Notes: generated by a model not told the origin, from the letters alone. DNA of 64,000 nt from Trichosphaerium sp. ATCC 40318 (GCA_038496445.1 JALMLS010000313.1:1-64000); one strand, 5' to 3'. Numbered from the stretch's first letter, positions 38,389 through 53,610 are shown. Program-made: numbers and translations.

Positions 38389-40330
38389 TTACTCACCAAA
38401 ACTTGGTACGTAAACCTCCACGCGTATGTCTAACTCTTGTAGACATATCTCAGCGCATTTTAGACGCAAAACGTTGAATACGTGGACTGTGTTTCTATAG
38501 CCTGCGTATGCGTTCAAATATTCCCTCATGCAATCGGCATACCTTCCTTCAGCTTTGGCAAATGCAAGAGCTGCTTCTAGTGGAAATTAAAAGATTTTAT
38601 ACTAATTTCATTAGTGTACTTACCTGTGAATTGATTGTTTTTATGGACATATCCTATAGCTCCTTTTGTCCTTGCGCGTTCATCAAAGGCTTGCTTCCAT
38701 TCCAAAATTTTATTCTTGACTTCTTGATCTTCCAAACTCTCACGCAGTTGCAGTATGAGCTTTAACAATCCTTGTGAAATATTATTATTCTAACATCATT
38801 TGTCAGTATGTTGGCCCATTAGATATGCAACTAGAGTAACGTACAGTGTCTACATAAGATGATCTAAAGGCTTTCATCATCATATCAAACTCTTTAATAT
38901 ATCTTGCTATTATATCATGTAATTCAGCATCCTCAGTTTGTAGTGCCTCAAAGAATATAGATAACTTATTTAACACTTCGTCAGAAGAATGTTGTGCGAA
39001 AATATACGTAAAATCTTCATGACTAGAAGTGTATTAATTCAACAAGTATCAGCAAAAAGAATACGACGTAAGGTACTTACTCCATAGAAAATATGACTTG
39101 AGCAAAAGGCATTAGTAGGCTTGTTATTTCTTCGTTTAATCTGACACACTGGCGATCAAGTTTTCGAGCACTCTCAAGGATAGGAACTAAAGGATTGTTC
39201 AGTATCAGTTGCTATTTGTTTGTTTTATAGTACCATTACGAAACTTTTCGTAAGTTACTTTTTTTGTACAGTAATTGAGTTGTGCTTCTCGTGTATCGTT
39301 TGTAGATTCAGCTATTCTTCTAGATTTTCTCAATATATTAAACCCTTGAACAGCATGTCTAAGACTTTCAGAGTACGTCTGTGAATGATTAGTTTCTGAC
39401 GTAGTATTCATACTGCCTTGTACCTTTTTAATTTGAGTTATATCACGCAAGACACGAATGTTTTCAGCTGTAACATAATGAAGATGTTCTATCAAGCCTG
39501 GCATCTGATCCAACAACTTTACAATAGGATGATTTTCAAAACGCCCTAAATCCGAATATTAGTTTATAGTTGATTGTATCAACCTTTCTTACGTGATAAT
39601 CTAGTAATACCCTTACTTGCAACCGCGGCTACCTGTCCATTTTGAGCAGCATGTGCTATTAAGTGTTAATTTGCCATTTTGTTATTTTTTCTGACACGTG
39701 ATTCGAAGTTTTCAACATACCCAACCCGTGTACGTAAACTTTGGCTCTACCAAGTGCCTCTTTAACACACGTTATAAATTGAACTACAAACTCATAATCA
39801 ATGCAATTAGGAAAGCCCTAAGCATTAATGAGCTAACACGGGACCAAAAAAAAAGAGCTATGTACCTGCGCTAGCGTGTCTACGATACGTATAAGGTTAT
39901 CGACGTATCTACGCGAATATTTAGCTCCTCAACGCTTTGATTGACACATACTGTACATAGCTAGGTGCTCTACCATCCGTGTTCTGCTAAACAGTTAAGG
40001 GATGATTATTCACATTGAATGAAGTAATTGGTGAAGGATACTGCTTTGGCGCCTATTTCAGAGGCTTCTTCGCGTATTTCAAGCAAGTATTTCAAAATCA
40101 TTTGTATTGCGTCGTATACTGGCTCCAGGTCACTTTTGTACTTACGGACAAGACGCTCCTCGAACCATTTGCCGAAAGACCACAGAGAAACCAATTTTAT
40201 CTTTACATCCGTTGATTGGTGAACTTGTGGTTTTTCTGCCACCACCCTTTGCATCCCTACAATGTCAGCAGAGAATAAACGGGCAAAACTCGCAGCTCTA
40301 GTCAAGTTCGTTCTTTTACAGGCTAATTAC
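38389..40330 (-). CDS. Hypothetical multi-exon helical protein
   Basis: Chain of minus-strand ORFs (40006-40305, 39205-39516, 38577-38768) bounded by canonical short introns. No family recognised; ends are approximate. Confidence 0.55.
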
Positions 40331-40440
40331 TTTTTCAGCCGCCCAACGCGTAATTAGTATGATTTCAAGATGACAACGTTTGTTTCCGTTGTTGTATACA
40401 AAATGTCATTAACACAGTTCGAAATCGCTCCACGACATTA

Positions 40441-42901
40441 ATGAGAGTATCAAGTACGCATAGGATGCTTTGTACAGCTTGTACATTAAAAAAAGTTCAT
40501 AACCCAATCAACGCACAGCCAAGCTACGAAAACAAGTGAGTTTCACTTTGAAAGACAAAAAACGTAAAAGTCTCCAACAATCGCTTAACAGCCTTGGCGC
40601 ATCACTTCGCGTTCAAATATTAGATGACTGGTACAAAGTGACATCAACAGAAATGCGTACACATGCGAACAAAGCAGTGAGCAACGAGTACGATTTCACA
40701 CGTGACATTTTTTTATGATTATCACGTCTTCTAAAGTGTTGATTAGGTACAAAGATAATCCTATGTTGTTTCTCTCATCTTATCCTCAACATACATGGAA
40801 TACAAAGAAACTGGCAATAGCGGGGTACGTTATAGCGTATAGATAAAATGTTCCGGCAGTCTTACCATGTAGTAGACACATTCATAGTTCGTATTGGACT
40901 GCTGAAAATATGTACGAGATTCTCGATGATATCGCAAGAGATTTTGGAGTCAAAGCACTAGATAATTGGTATAATGTTAAAGTTACAGCTCTACAGAGTC
41001 ATGTAGCTGGTAAAGCACTGCTAACTTTGTACGTCAACATTACATTGGAATCATAGTCTTATTCATTGTTTAGTCACAACAACTCTATGGCATCTTTACT
41101 ACGTTCCACATATAAGAGTTACGAGTGGGTAGCTGCTAGGTTAGAGTAAGTTATTCACAACCACATACAAACAAATCCACCTTATCTTTCGTAGACCACG
41201 CAAAACAAGTAAATCTAATGATAGTCGCAATACAATGAACGCAATTGGTAAAACGCTAAACGTTAAAACTCTGGACGATTGGTATAGTATAACATCACAA
41301 CAAGCATCCTTGAACGGCGCAAGATCTTTAATACAAACGTAGGAGATACTCTTACATCTAGGAACTAACTACATTTCAGGCATGGTTTATTCTATACTAC
41401 AATACGGGCTGTATACCCAGAGTACTCGTGGAATCCTCTTTTATTTGCGTACGCAATCGCAAAATATTACAGTCAATTTACTAAATAGAAGTTTAGAAGT
41501 GTACCTCGGTGTCATTGGCACTCTGTAGATAACCAACGTGATATGTTAGTATTCATGTCGCAGAAGCTCCAAGTAAAAACATTAGAAGGGTGGTACACTA
41601 TCACAAATCAAGACATTCTCGATTTGGGCGGAGCTAGCATAATGTCAATGTAAGAAAAATTTTCTCATTTTTTTCTCATTATTTCATAGCTATAAAGGTT
41701 CCTTGTCACGTGCCCTAGCGTCAATATTCGCCGATTACGATTGGGTGAAATGGAAATTTACGTACGTGTGCAACTTATTATTACTTTTTTGTTCACGTGA
41801 TAAATCAGAAACACGCCAAAACAATTCCATGATGAAAACGAATTATATAGTAACAAGATGGAGTTTGTCGCAGAACAACTTGGAGTCAAACTTTTTTCGG
41901 ATTGGTATACTGTATCAATGCGAGATGTATATACTGTAGATAACGCTGGTCCATTGATAGGAAATAGGTAGACAGAACCATGTTGCAAAAATTTGTTGAT
42001 TTTTTTAGATACAATGGGTCTATTATACAAGCTTTGAAGGCAAATTATCCCAATGAACTATGGCACTTAGAAAAGTTTATGTATGTTTTGAAGCTTTTAC
42101 TTCAACAAGTATTGATATTTTTGTAGTTATGACAATAGTCGCTATGGCTATATTGATCGTGCTACGTATAGTAAGCTGTACTATGAAATTGATGAGATGG
42201 TATTTGATAGCGCGTACGAGTTGTATACTGCTTTTGATAGTCTTACAAGTGTCTAGCAAGCAGCTTATTAAGTTTAAACGATTAATAAGGAAGCTTAACA
42301 TTACTAAATTGAAGCAATGGTATAATATAACATGGAGTAATTTAATAGACACTGGAGGTGGATGGCTACTTCTAAAGTGCGTATGGCACAAAATAAAAGT
42401 TGCAGCACTTACACTCACAGGTTTCGTGGCTCATTGAGGCGTGGATTGGAAGTTATTTACCCTGGAGTTACATGGGATGGAAAACAATTCAAATTTTCGT
42501 AAGTTTTCCAATCACAGACTACTAAAACTAAACAAGCAAAGGCATGCACCTTCGGGTTATTGGTATTCAAGGAACAATGTATTAAACTTTTTACAACATG
42601 TAGAAAAATGCTTGCTGATTAAGTCTCCCAATGAATGGTGCGTTGTGTAACCCAATAAATCATTTACTAAGTATATGACCAAATAGGGCACGGGTATCTT
42701 TGATCCAAATAGTAGAACTTGGGGGCACTAGTATTGTATCAAAGTATCCACAAATACTGGAACGCCTCCACCCTAGCCATCCTTGGGATTGGTCTATGTT
42801 TGTGAGTGATAAACGTGCTTCTCAAAGGTACTTTAACTGTTTTTTATCTATTTTAACTTAATACCAGGCAATTACTTGCTTGCACTCGTGAGATTCTGTG
42901 A
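40441..42901 (+). CDS. Tandem-repeat protein with about 7 copies of a 70-aa Trp-rich unit (LxVxxLDDWYxVT...GGxxLL..Y.GSL...L...YPxYxW..F)
   Basis: DDWYKVT, DNWYNVK, DDWYSIT, EGWYTIT, SDWYTVS, KQWYNIT and NEWARVS recur, with introns at recurring positions. Start and end are approximate. Confidence 0.7.
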
Positions 42902-43614
42902 ATTTATGCAACCTAACAAACAGCATTGATCTCTTATTGGTCGCAATACTGCTCAGACCGAATTAATGTCATACAGTATTATCAGTGAAGTCGTCGTCGT
43001 AAAGAGCAAGAAACATAAAGTAAATTGTTATTTGTATTCCAGCTTCTGATTTAGTAGTCTTGTGAACTTGCCAATGACCAAACTGGTAACAGCCACGTGG
43101 AAATCCCTATGCGTGCAGTTTATTGATACGGAGCGAAACCGTTAACTAGTACAACAATTAGAATTGAAAAGTCATCCCAATGCAAATTTGATATGGGAAT
43201 GTAGTACATGAAGAATCATGTGAAGGCGAAAAAACCATAAATATTGAGAATCACCAGAAAATAAGTCTTTAGATATTTCCCAACAAAAAGGCTCCGAAGC
43301 AAGCGTACAAGTTTTAGGAATATATGTTAGATGTGCGTATTGGTCATCGGTACCGCTTGACAACAGGAGCCCAGTGTTACCTCAGCAGAGGTTATTTTGG
43401 ATACATTAGTTATTGAAAAAAAGTAGAACATCACACTTGGAGATGAAGACTCATACGAACAGGTTTATTAGGCGGTAAATAGTAACAACCAAAACATAAC
43501 GTGGCAAAAAAATACGGGCACCAGTACGACGTTAACAACGTAATTACGTAGAAAATGTGGTCTTTTTTGGCACTTCACAGTTTGACTAAGTACAATAGTT
43601 GACTTTTTCAACTA

Positions 43615-44567
43615 TTATTTTCCTTTTAGCGCTTTCAGATACTTATCTGTAACTTCAATGATGTCCAAATACAGTATCTTTACGCTAGAAAGACGAGTGA
43701 GCCAACCAGGTGTTACATTATTACATAAATTGATAGTGTGTGCATTTGAAAGGTATTTCATACTCGCCAGTGATACCTGGACATGATACAAGGTGGATAG
43801 TGTGTACACCAGACAAATGTTTAATCCAATCATCTGTTACATTTGTGTTTGATAAAGTGATATTATGTACACCTGCGAGGTATTCCATACAATCTACAGT
43901 GATACCCTTACAACCATAAAAATTGGCTGTGTGTACACCAACCAAAGCTGAAACACCTTCATCTGTCACATTCGTAGCACACAACTTTATGGTATGAACA
44001 CCAGCCAAAGCATCTATGCTGTGTACCCCCGATAGCGCAACTAAAACGTCGTCTGTAACTAACGAGCATGGAATAGTTACAGTTGGTATGCCGGCAAATG
44101 CTTTCATAGCCTCTGAGGTTACGTTTGTAATAGCATACAAACCTACGGACTTAAGGTCTCCCACTAGTGGCATTAATCCTGCGTCTGTAATAGTTCGAGA
44201 CTTCACTACTGATAAATGACGAACACCACAAAGAGACTTCAATCCGTTGTCTGTTATCAAGGTAGCCTAACCAATCGTAAGGTACCGAACACCAGAAAGC
44301 ATACTGAGATCTGAGTCTATAAGTTTCCACAAAGTTATTTGTGTATTGTGTAATAATGGACTGCCACAAAGAAATTTGCAACACAAGCTGACTATTTGCT
44401 CTTGAATCGTAATTGTTTCGTATCCAATGTGACACCGCATAATATTGCATAGTAGTTTGCAGGTCTGGGTAACAGAAAACCGATAATAGAGATGCACAAA
44501 CTTGATCCGTTGGTAAGTCTAAAAGCTCAGTGTGACTTGAGACTTCTTCGTAACGCTTCGCTTCCAT
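43615..44567 (-). pseudogene. Frameshifted, internally deleted paralog of the F-box/LRR gene at 14801
   Basis: MEAKRYEEVSSHTELLDLPT and ITDNGLKSLCGVRHLS...GVHTIKLCATNVTDEG are split over 4 ORFs. The upstream region 44570-44730 also matches 14640-14800. Confidence 0.9.
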
Positions 44568-44819
44568 TAGTGGCCTCTGAAATGCGATAGATGCAGTGAT
44601 GAATGCAAGTAAGATATACTTTTGTAAAGTAGAGCTATTTTTAACGTTGCGTATCGTTTCGTTGTGCGTGTTTTTTCTCAAAGCAGAACAAAAGTTACAG
44701 TAAAACAAATAGTAAAGTCAAAACCAATTCCAGGTTTTAGGCATTGAGGACTAGGAGCGCAGCATTTCCAAAATTATGCACATACCTGTGCGCGTCGAGT
44801 ATTCGGTTTTAGCTTCAAC

Positions 44820-45030
44820 ACAAACGCTGTAGTAGCATCAACATGGAAATTGCAAAAACAAAGGTAAAATGCCAAACGTAGCAGCTTCGGAAATAACGCC
44901 ATACCCGTTTACTTCTCATCAGCCTATAGGAACATGCCAGGGCTAAAATGAGCCTAACGAAAAGACATGGCCTACACGTGACATCAAAAAAACAATAAAA
45001 TGACTAGTTAATAACTACTCTCAAGCTATG
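44820..45030 (-). pseudogene. Degenerate fragment of the enoyl-CoA isomerase gene
   Basis: The reverse complement matches 13640-13880 (tcacgtgtaggcca, tataggctgatgagaa, tttttgcaatttccatgttga). Confidence 0.65.
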
Positions 45031-45039
45031 CTATGACAA

Positions 45040-46560
45040 TTACACTAAAGAATGCGACCGCAAAAATAGTGATTGTAGACTATTGTAGTGTTTATGCAAG
45101 ACGAAGACAAAATATAGTACTTGCTTCACCACAAATGTGCGCCCTTGTGGACCAACTGTAGGTAACAGCAATTTCTTATCAAAGTTGAATAGAGAGGAGC
45201 GGGTCTGGGAATCAGAGGCAATGAGGTGAGCCAAGCTGGCTCAAATAAATAAAATAAAAATATATCTTGAAATATGTATTTCAACTCACCATCACTACGA
45301 ACCTTATGGGTATTACCAATTGTAATACGCCCCTTGTCTGCGTTCAAGAAATTTGACTAAAGACATCTCAGTTCAAAGGTGTTTTTGACTAATATTTTCG
45401 AGTTGAATAGAAGTGAAAAGATAAGAAAAAAATGGGATCAAAATTACATTGACTATCGACTTGCATGGTCGACTCACCTTTGGCAATGGTGTCATCATTG
45501 AGAACATCCTCCATATATCACGTTTGGTGGGGTTGGACAAAACTAAATAGACGAGTTGAAGTGCTGTTGACTTGCAATATTTTTCAAGATGAGAACAGAA
45601 GAAAAAAAAAAAGAATGCATCAACGTAGTTGTGCATGGGTTGACTCACCAGCAGAGTTGAAATCTTCATCAACGTCCTCATATACCTCTTTTTTGTTTTC
45701 GCGTGGATAGAACTAGAAAGAGATAAATTTAAGACCGCTGTTGAAGTACATAGTTGAGCGTAGAAGAAAAAAAATGAAGATTAGAAAAAATGTTGTATTG
45801 TAGCTGTACTATTTACCTTCCATCTCAAGACCAAATTGAGCCCCAGTTTGTATACCAATGGATTTTGACAAGTTGATCTCATTTTGCAATTGACAAATGC
45901 TTCTCATCATATTCTTCACGTGAGATATAGCGACAGGATCCAAGCTTCGTAACTGAGTTCCCATCTAAAAATACTAATTGTAAACCTAAATTACACTCCA
46001 CTAACTATCGTAGAACGTGAATAGCACACTGCCACTGTATGTTCTTCCGCCATCTACTGATACTGCTACATGTACTGGTTTGGGCTAAACAATCTCCGTT
46101 TACATCAGGCATTTATCGTCGGGGTATACCAATATCCGTCTATAGCGGGTGTCAATTTTAACTTACATTGTTTGAGTGCTTGAGTAATGACATTAGATAA
46201 AAGTACCAGTATATTAGATGAAGCATGCCATTCAACGTCTGTAAAGACATGTTTGCCAAACTTAACTTTTGTGTTTTTCGACGGTTTAAAATTTAAACCG
46301 TACAAACTGACGTGGTACACGCCAGATATTGGGCCTTTTGGAGGAACAACAAGGTTCACGCAACAAACTAGGGAGTGCCAAATAGTATTTGTTGTGTTGA
46401 CAAGCAACATTTTCGATAATTTTCACCGAAGCGTCGTTTGGTGCATTGCTCGTAGATCCGTGTATTTTGGCGATCACCGGCTTTTTTTGTGCAATTTGCT
46501 TCTTTCTTTTCATGCGAATGGGTGTCTAGTTGTTTTGGATCCACAATTTAGTACGGTACC
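45040..46560 (-). pseudogene. Partial paralog of the IPT region of the NACHT gene joined to unrelated degraded exons
   Basis: 45810-46520 is a direct-orientation copy of 3380-4110 with an identical IPT peptide. Downstream exons (45040-45710) differ and contain a stop. Confidence 0.75.
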
Positions 46561-46959
46561 TAGCCAAAAAATTAAGCTAAACAACTCCAAAAGGTGATAA
46601 GGAGTAAGTTTTAAAGAACTCCATAAAGATACTAAAATTATCACCAAGCTTTGAAAACGAAAGAAAAAACGTGGACCAAGGGTAATAATTTATCTTACAA
46701 AACAGCATTGTACATTTGCTAATAAATCAAGATGCGAATTTATGATCATAATACAAAACCAGAGAACCAGAAGTGATAATTGCAGAGGACCACAAAAGAG
46801 CACGTGTTGTCGCAGTTCCTTGTTGTATCGTAACCAGCGTTCTAATATCAAGCGTTCTGGCTTACCACCCTACCTTGTTGAAATTAAAGCGAAAAGAAGC
46901 CTCGTAGTAGCGTTACGTGCTGCCAAATGTCAGTGTACCTGTAAGTGAGTCGCCCATCG

Positions 46960-47559
<600 letters not shown>

Positions 47560-47789
47560 AAAAACGCACTACAGCTTACATGATAAACAAACTGCCATTC
47601 TATAAATTCTCATTTTGACAAAAAAAATAAATGCTATTTTAGTTGACATGTTTTATTTTACACGGAGAATGCCATTTCAACGCTTGCTTTTGACACCTGA
47701 AAATGGCGGGTTATTTTTGGACATGTCAGACCTACATTTAGATTTCGAAAAAGAGTTAAATTTCTTCAATTTTTTCAAGCTCCTCTAAC

Positions 47790-49117
47790 ATGACCACTCG
47801 TGATAATTGTCACGCCCAGCGTTCAGACCGACACGTACGTAGTTACATACTCAATATTAGTATTGGCAATGACACCGCCTTTAGACATGCAAACGTAAAA
47901 GTAGCAGTCTCACAAGCTACAGACCACCCAAACGGCGTCGGTTGACCATAGTGTACGCTTTTAAAGAATTTGCTTTTGCTGTTAAATTGTTTTAAAAATA
48001 CCACACTAATTGCGCTTAGATTTCATATCTCTAACTTCTCGGAGATTGCAAAATACTTGACTGTCATAGTTGACAGAACGCTGGGACGTGCTCACCCTTA
48101 CAAAGTCCCTGAAGTAAGGGTATTATCATTGAAGCAATGGCTGGACACTGATAAATGGAAATTATGCATCAAGTTCATGAATAAGCCAAGACTCATCGAA
48201 GATCAGTTCGTGACCCTAAAGAGCTGGTTCGGAAAGGTCAAGTGCCCTGACCTTGAAGCTCATAGAGCCGGTAACATTCTCCTCTACAATCTTGAAGTAA
48301 TGGCCCGCGAACAAAACTATTGGGCTTTGCCGTGTACGTTTAGTTTTTTTTTTTTTGCCTGTTTTTTTTCTTCTCAAAGCTAATGTGGGTTGTGTTAAGG
48401 TCACAAGGTTCACTACATTTTCCGCGATGAAAATCGGTACGCACCTTTTCTTTGATGCCCTCTTTGCTGAGTTATGAAATTTGTTATTTTCTTTTTCACA
48501 CAAAATCACGAATTTCTTTCTTTCATGAAACGTGGCTCACAAAAAGCGGTCTGCATGAAAATAAACGTAGTTTTTATACTTTTTTTGCGAAATAAGGCCG
48601 TTTTTGCCAACTCTCGCTAATTTCAGAACATCTCTCCCAGGTTTTGTTTTTCCACTCTTGCACAACGTACTCACGCACCATTAGGTTTAATGAAAAACAC
48701 GGCGATCTCCTCGATGAGGAGTATTACAAAGAAGTCAATTTTGACAATGACTTCTGGGATAGGTATAACTACCTAATGCAAGAGGTCTGTCAAGTCTGTC
48801 TTGCAGCGGTAATGTGCTTACATGAGCACTTACCAGAGGGGTTGCCATTGCTCTGTGGCTTAGATTTTTGTGGGTGGCATCATGAGTTGTTCTACAACAA
48901 GCGCGTGTGGAAGGTTCTGGCGGCATACTTGGTGCTAAATAACAGAAGCACAGTAAGGGCCAAAGACCTCTTACACCGCATAGCGCGGGATCGAGGAGAC
49001 ATAGTCCACAGCCGACGTAAAAGTCACCAAGATCTACTTGGTCATTGTTCGGCTCTCGTATCTTTAATTGACCCAGACCGCGCCCATGACGTTCAAGCTA
49101 TAGGTACATCATGTTAG
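47790..49117 (+). CDS. Duplicate of the 20291-21620 hypothetical (long family X-like) gene
   Basis: Same exons with a few substitutions (KPTL/KPRL, IAQD/IARD, DILH/DIVH); the indels seen fall in introns. Confidence 0.7.
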
Positions 49118-51257
49118 TTCTTATTTTCAATCACTCTAACTCTCTCGTAGCGAACACAAGAGTGTACCAATCATAATTGAGTGTGTTTTTCAACACAACG
49201 TCTTGTACTTTTAACACTTTTAAAATGAAAAATTATTTATTGTTATCAAAAAAAAAAATACTTGTAAAAATGTAAGCGTGATGGAGGAAATACCTCCACC
49301 ACTTGAAAAGAAGGACCCAATAAACAAAACAAATAAACATGCATTATATACATATCGTAGAAATTCAATGTAAATCCGCTACGTCTCAAGTGTTTATTCT
49401 GGCTTCGTTTTCTTCTACACATTCGTCTTAAAATTGTTTTTCTGGCTTGTTCAACCTCTTGTGCAAAGAGGCTGTACTTTTTTCTCTAGGTCCCAATAAA
49501 CAAACTTTACCACGTACGTCTTTAAACAATTTGTTGTCTCATTTAGCGCTCTACATGTGGTCTTTGAAGGAGATTCTCACTATCTTGAGGGTACTAGAGA
49601 TAATTCCTTCAGAACAAACAGACTCAATATCTTCACTCTTCTTAACTTGGCTACAAGCGTAGGATCTGGTTTGCTAACATCAAAGGAGCTTCTTTTGTTA
49701 TATTGGACGCCCTCTTTTTTTTATAAGACTCATAGAGCTAACCCAAAGTTGATGTTCGCATTGTTACAATCTAACAAATGCGCGGCTACGACGTACCTTG
49801 CCAGCGGGTCACTGAAATTGGCTTAACAAAATCAGTTTATCAACTTGACAAAAGTCCAGAGTTTGACATTACAATCGGCAAGTGACAGGAAAAAAAAAAC
49901 ATTTTACACACCTAGCCGCAAAACTCTCCGACCCTTCACTAGAACCAGATTATGTAAGCATACCACATAAGCTTAATGGCTTTAACATACACTTTAAAAA
50001 TATTCTATGCAATAAGAAAGCATAAGATGGTGCTGTAAGCTCAAAAAAAAATATGTAGTAAATTACAATCTCGCCTAAACAGGAAAGTAACAATTTTAAA
50101 CCATGTGTGTCCTTTTGTGATGCCTGAGTATTACAGAATGTGTGAATAGCTCCATGTATGTGGAAACGAAAGTTATGAACGTTGAACAGCGTTTTTTGGT
50201 TCAAAAAGTGGATTGCTCGCTAAAACCCAGTTTAAATACTCTAAACGATATTTCCTACGCGTAGAGGGTATGTATGTGCATTAAATACGCTATTTGAATT
50301 AAGAAAACAATAAAAAGTCAAAACGCTAGCCAACGCCATCAATACTGTGTAATATGCTTCTGTTAGCTGTTTCTTTTTGATGTACCTATTTCACTGTTTA
50401 TTTGGGTTTCTACCTTTAGAAACATGTACATTTTTAAAACGGAAGCGGTTAATTGGTATGTGTATTTTTCAAAACATCATAGTGGTACTACTGTATCATC
50501 TACTCTGTTTCAACTAGAAAAGTGTAGAACACAACGTATAACATCAGTGTAGATTGGATAGAGCATGAATTTCAACAAATGTCGTTCAACAAACTCCCAT
50601 ATTAGAAGCACTTTATTGTGCTCTTAATTTTAAACACACAACATATGGCGTTAAATACAACCATTACCAGCTAGAAAATGTAACAAAACTCAGAATGAAG
50701 ATGTTTGTATTGATGCTGACTTAGCTAAACTAATTTAAAAAAAGTCACAAAGTTGTACTATTTTTTAGCGTCATTGTAGACTACATCACTACATGTGAAT
50801 ACCTAACGCTTAACAGACGTTATTCACATCATATGTGGTTATAACTACACAAAGCATCGATCATAGAAATGTATTTTAAAGAGCATACGTAAGTTTGTTT
50901 TTAAGAGTGGAGTGCTTGCATAATAGGCTCAAGCATAAGTCGCCACTACAGAAAATGTGTTCAGCACTCAAGTGGTTGCCGTTAACGTACCAACCTTACC
51001 GTATGTGAAGTAATAATCACTGTTAACACGTTAGGTGTGTTAGAAAGCGAAACCTTTTTCATTGTCTATTTAGTTCAGTCTACTTGTTTGATGAGGTGCC
51101 TTTTTGGCGAAGTCCACATTTTTGTCAATACAAACAACAACTTGGTTTTGTGAACAATACAAACATGTCATCAAATACTCAAAACTGAGCGAAAAGGAAG
51201 TTAACAAACACAGACAAGTTGTCAGTAGCCAAATAAAAAAAATAATGCCATTTATTT

Positions 51258-51868
51258 CTACACGGCTTTATGTTGATTTAGGACACAAATTATTTTATCG
51301 ACGCAATCCCGCATAACGTCCAGATTAAAAGCTGAATTCGGATGGTTACAGTTGTTGCGTTGCAGAGCGAGCTCATTAAGAACATTACGAGTTATCGCTG
51401 TCGTGAGCCGCGCGGCGTGAGGGTCGTGTTGCAGAAAATACAACCAATCCGATAGGTTTGTAAACGTGATGTTGCTACGCGTTTGTAACACTCTCGCCGA
51501 CTTTTGGTTAAGCTCGTGGACAACGATCGCCTCCAGCTTCTTACCAGACACGAGCACCTTTCCCACTGGACTCTACAAAAAAAAAAACCAAAGACTCAAT
51601 ATAATTTTGTTAAGCTTTTGTTGTTCGTACCAGCACTCGATGGTTGGGTCTGGGTCTTTGTCCTCTTACCATCCTGTGCACGCAAGTTAGTATCATAAAA
51701 CCCCCCAAAAAAAAAGAGTAGAGTAGAATTTGTCAAAAAACACGTACTCTATCTCTTCCTTAGTCGCATTCTTAATGATGCTGGAGGTCTCGTCTTGACT
51801 GAGATTCGCTCTACACAAAAAGTAAAAGAATGGAATTTTATGAAGCCGCACCTGCTGTTGGTGCTCAT
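51258..51868 (-). CDS. Duplicate of the family X short form at 19064-19662
   Basis: Same 4 exons, with substitutions IAVH/IVVH, TRKV/TRNV and MQD/MRD, and a changed C-terminus (NQHKAV). Confidence 0.8.
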
Positions 51869-52807
51869 AGTTCGTATTTTGTGAGAGAAGGGGGGTAAAG
51901 TCTTGAGACGTGTTGGTTGATTTATCGAAGTTAAGATAAACGAAGCGAAAAAAACTAAGCTTAAGTTATCGTCGTAAGCAAGCCCAGCTTTTCCAAACGG
52001 TCTGAGAGGTCCAAGCTACTCCCGATTGCAGGAGTATGGATGTTGTCTGTTCGTTCGTTCTTTTACCAATCTAAAAAAATATTCAGTGGTAAAACCCACA
52101 AACGCGAACGGCCGTGGCGTGTGTTTAATTAGCATCTTCTAGCGCGTGGTTGGTGTAATCGGTTGCTAGACCGTTAGTTTTTCGATGGGCAGAGAGGCCT
52201 TCTTTCCTTACAAATCGCGATGAATATAGTATTTCATAGCACTGGCAGGCTTGTAGTTTGGTGCGTTTCAGAAGCCGTTTTTCTTTTTGAGAAACCTATT
52301 TTACGACCTCAGCATCTACTTTTTTTTTCTTATCTTACTCACACTGCGTAGAGGTAGGAGGTTAGCTTGCGTTAAAAACTGGCGAGAGAGAAACTGAGGA
52401 GGTGAAAGAACACTTTAGCTTAAATCTCTCGTATGCTGGAAACGCGAACAGAGGAGGGGATAGGGTTACGCTTTTGCTCACTACATGCCTTTGTAAACGT
52501 ATTTCTCATCATGCCTTGCCTCTCAAAGCAGTTTTTATTTGGAACTGTTGGAGCAGAACGTGTGATTGCCCCATATAATACTATCGCTCGCAAGTAGGCT
52601 GTGTTGAGGTACGCCAACGAAAGGTACCGTTTCGTTTTCGAAACTCCACCCTTTTTATTTTTAGTTCACCACCTCTGCGTAACCAGAACTGCGGCTTGGA
52701 AGTAAGGTCAACCAACGTACGGTAAAAAGCCAAAAACAAAGCCTTTATTTAAACTACAACCCCAACTCAACTCAACTCACTCACTCACACGAAAAATAAA
52801 ATAGATG

Positions 52808-53052
52808 CAAAAATTGTCTTTCGACCTTAGAGCTACGGGCCACCACTAGCTCTAGACAAGACACCCATGGCCTTATTCACGCACTGTTTTCCAATCTAGC
52901 ACGCGAGGTATCGTCAACCGGTCATTTGCAAGCAGATTGTTAATATACTTACGGGCGTTCGACGCGTGTATCCTGCTACCCCTGGTGAAACAGGGCACTC
53001 TTGAGAGGACGTATTTGTACCACTGCGAACACCCAGTTTAACGCCCCCACTA
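52808..53052 (-). ncRNA. Second copy of the candidate structured RNA
   Basis: Reverse complement of 17885-18127; no differences noticed by eye. Confidence 0.35.
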
Positions 53053-53403
53053 ACAAAATCGATTTAAAATCCTTTTGTTGATCACTATTTTGATCAAAAT
53101 TTAATTGTGGTTTTTGCGAATTTCTTCTAAAACCCTCCTGCACGATAGCCACGACATATTTACGCGTTATTGATGATTTTTTGGATTATTTACACGCGAA
53201 TTCGAGTTTGGTATGTGCGTGGTGTAGTAGTGTAGTAACGGAAAATAAAATTCAAAAAAAAATGTTAATTTTCATACCTTTCGAAAACAGTTTGATCAAT
53301 GCGTTCACTATTGTCTGAATTCGACCGAAATCGTAACAAAAGTCTTCTGTAAAACACATTTATTGGCTATTGATCCCACAGAGCTTCAGTTCTTGTCATC
53401 GCC

Positions 53404-53610
53404 TTATTCTACACTTTCCTCTTTAGAGGACTTGTTAGATTTAGAAGACTTCTCTTCCTTTTTGGAAGATTTATCGTCTCCAGCTTCTGATTTCGCGCTA
53501 CGAGAGCTCTTCTTACGACTGCTGCTTGATGCACGAGCAGTTACGGGTTTCCCATTAGAGTATACCTCATCTTTGCTATTTCCACGTGTGCTAAAACGCG
53601 GAACTGTAAA
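53404..53610 (-). pseudogene. Third copy of the PIP kinase last exon
   Basis: RGNSKDEVYSNGKPVTARAS...KEESVE, matching 8801-9010 in direct orientation. Confidence 0.85.
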
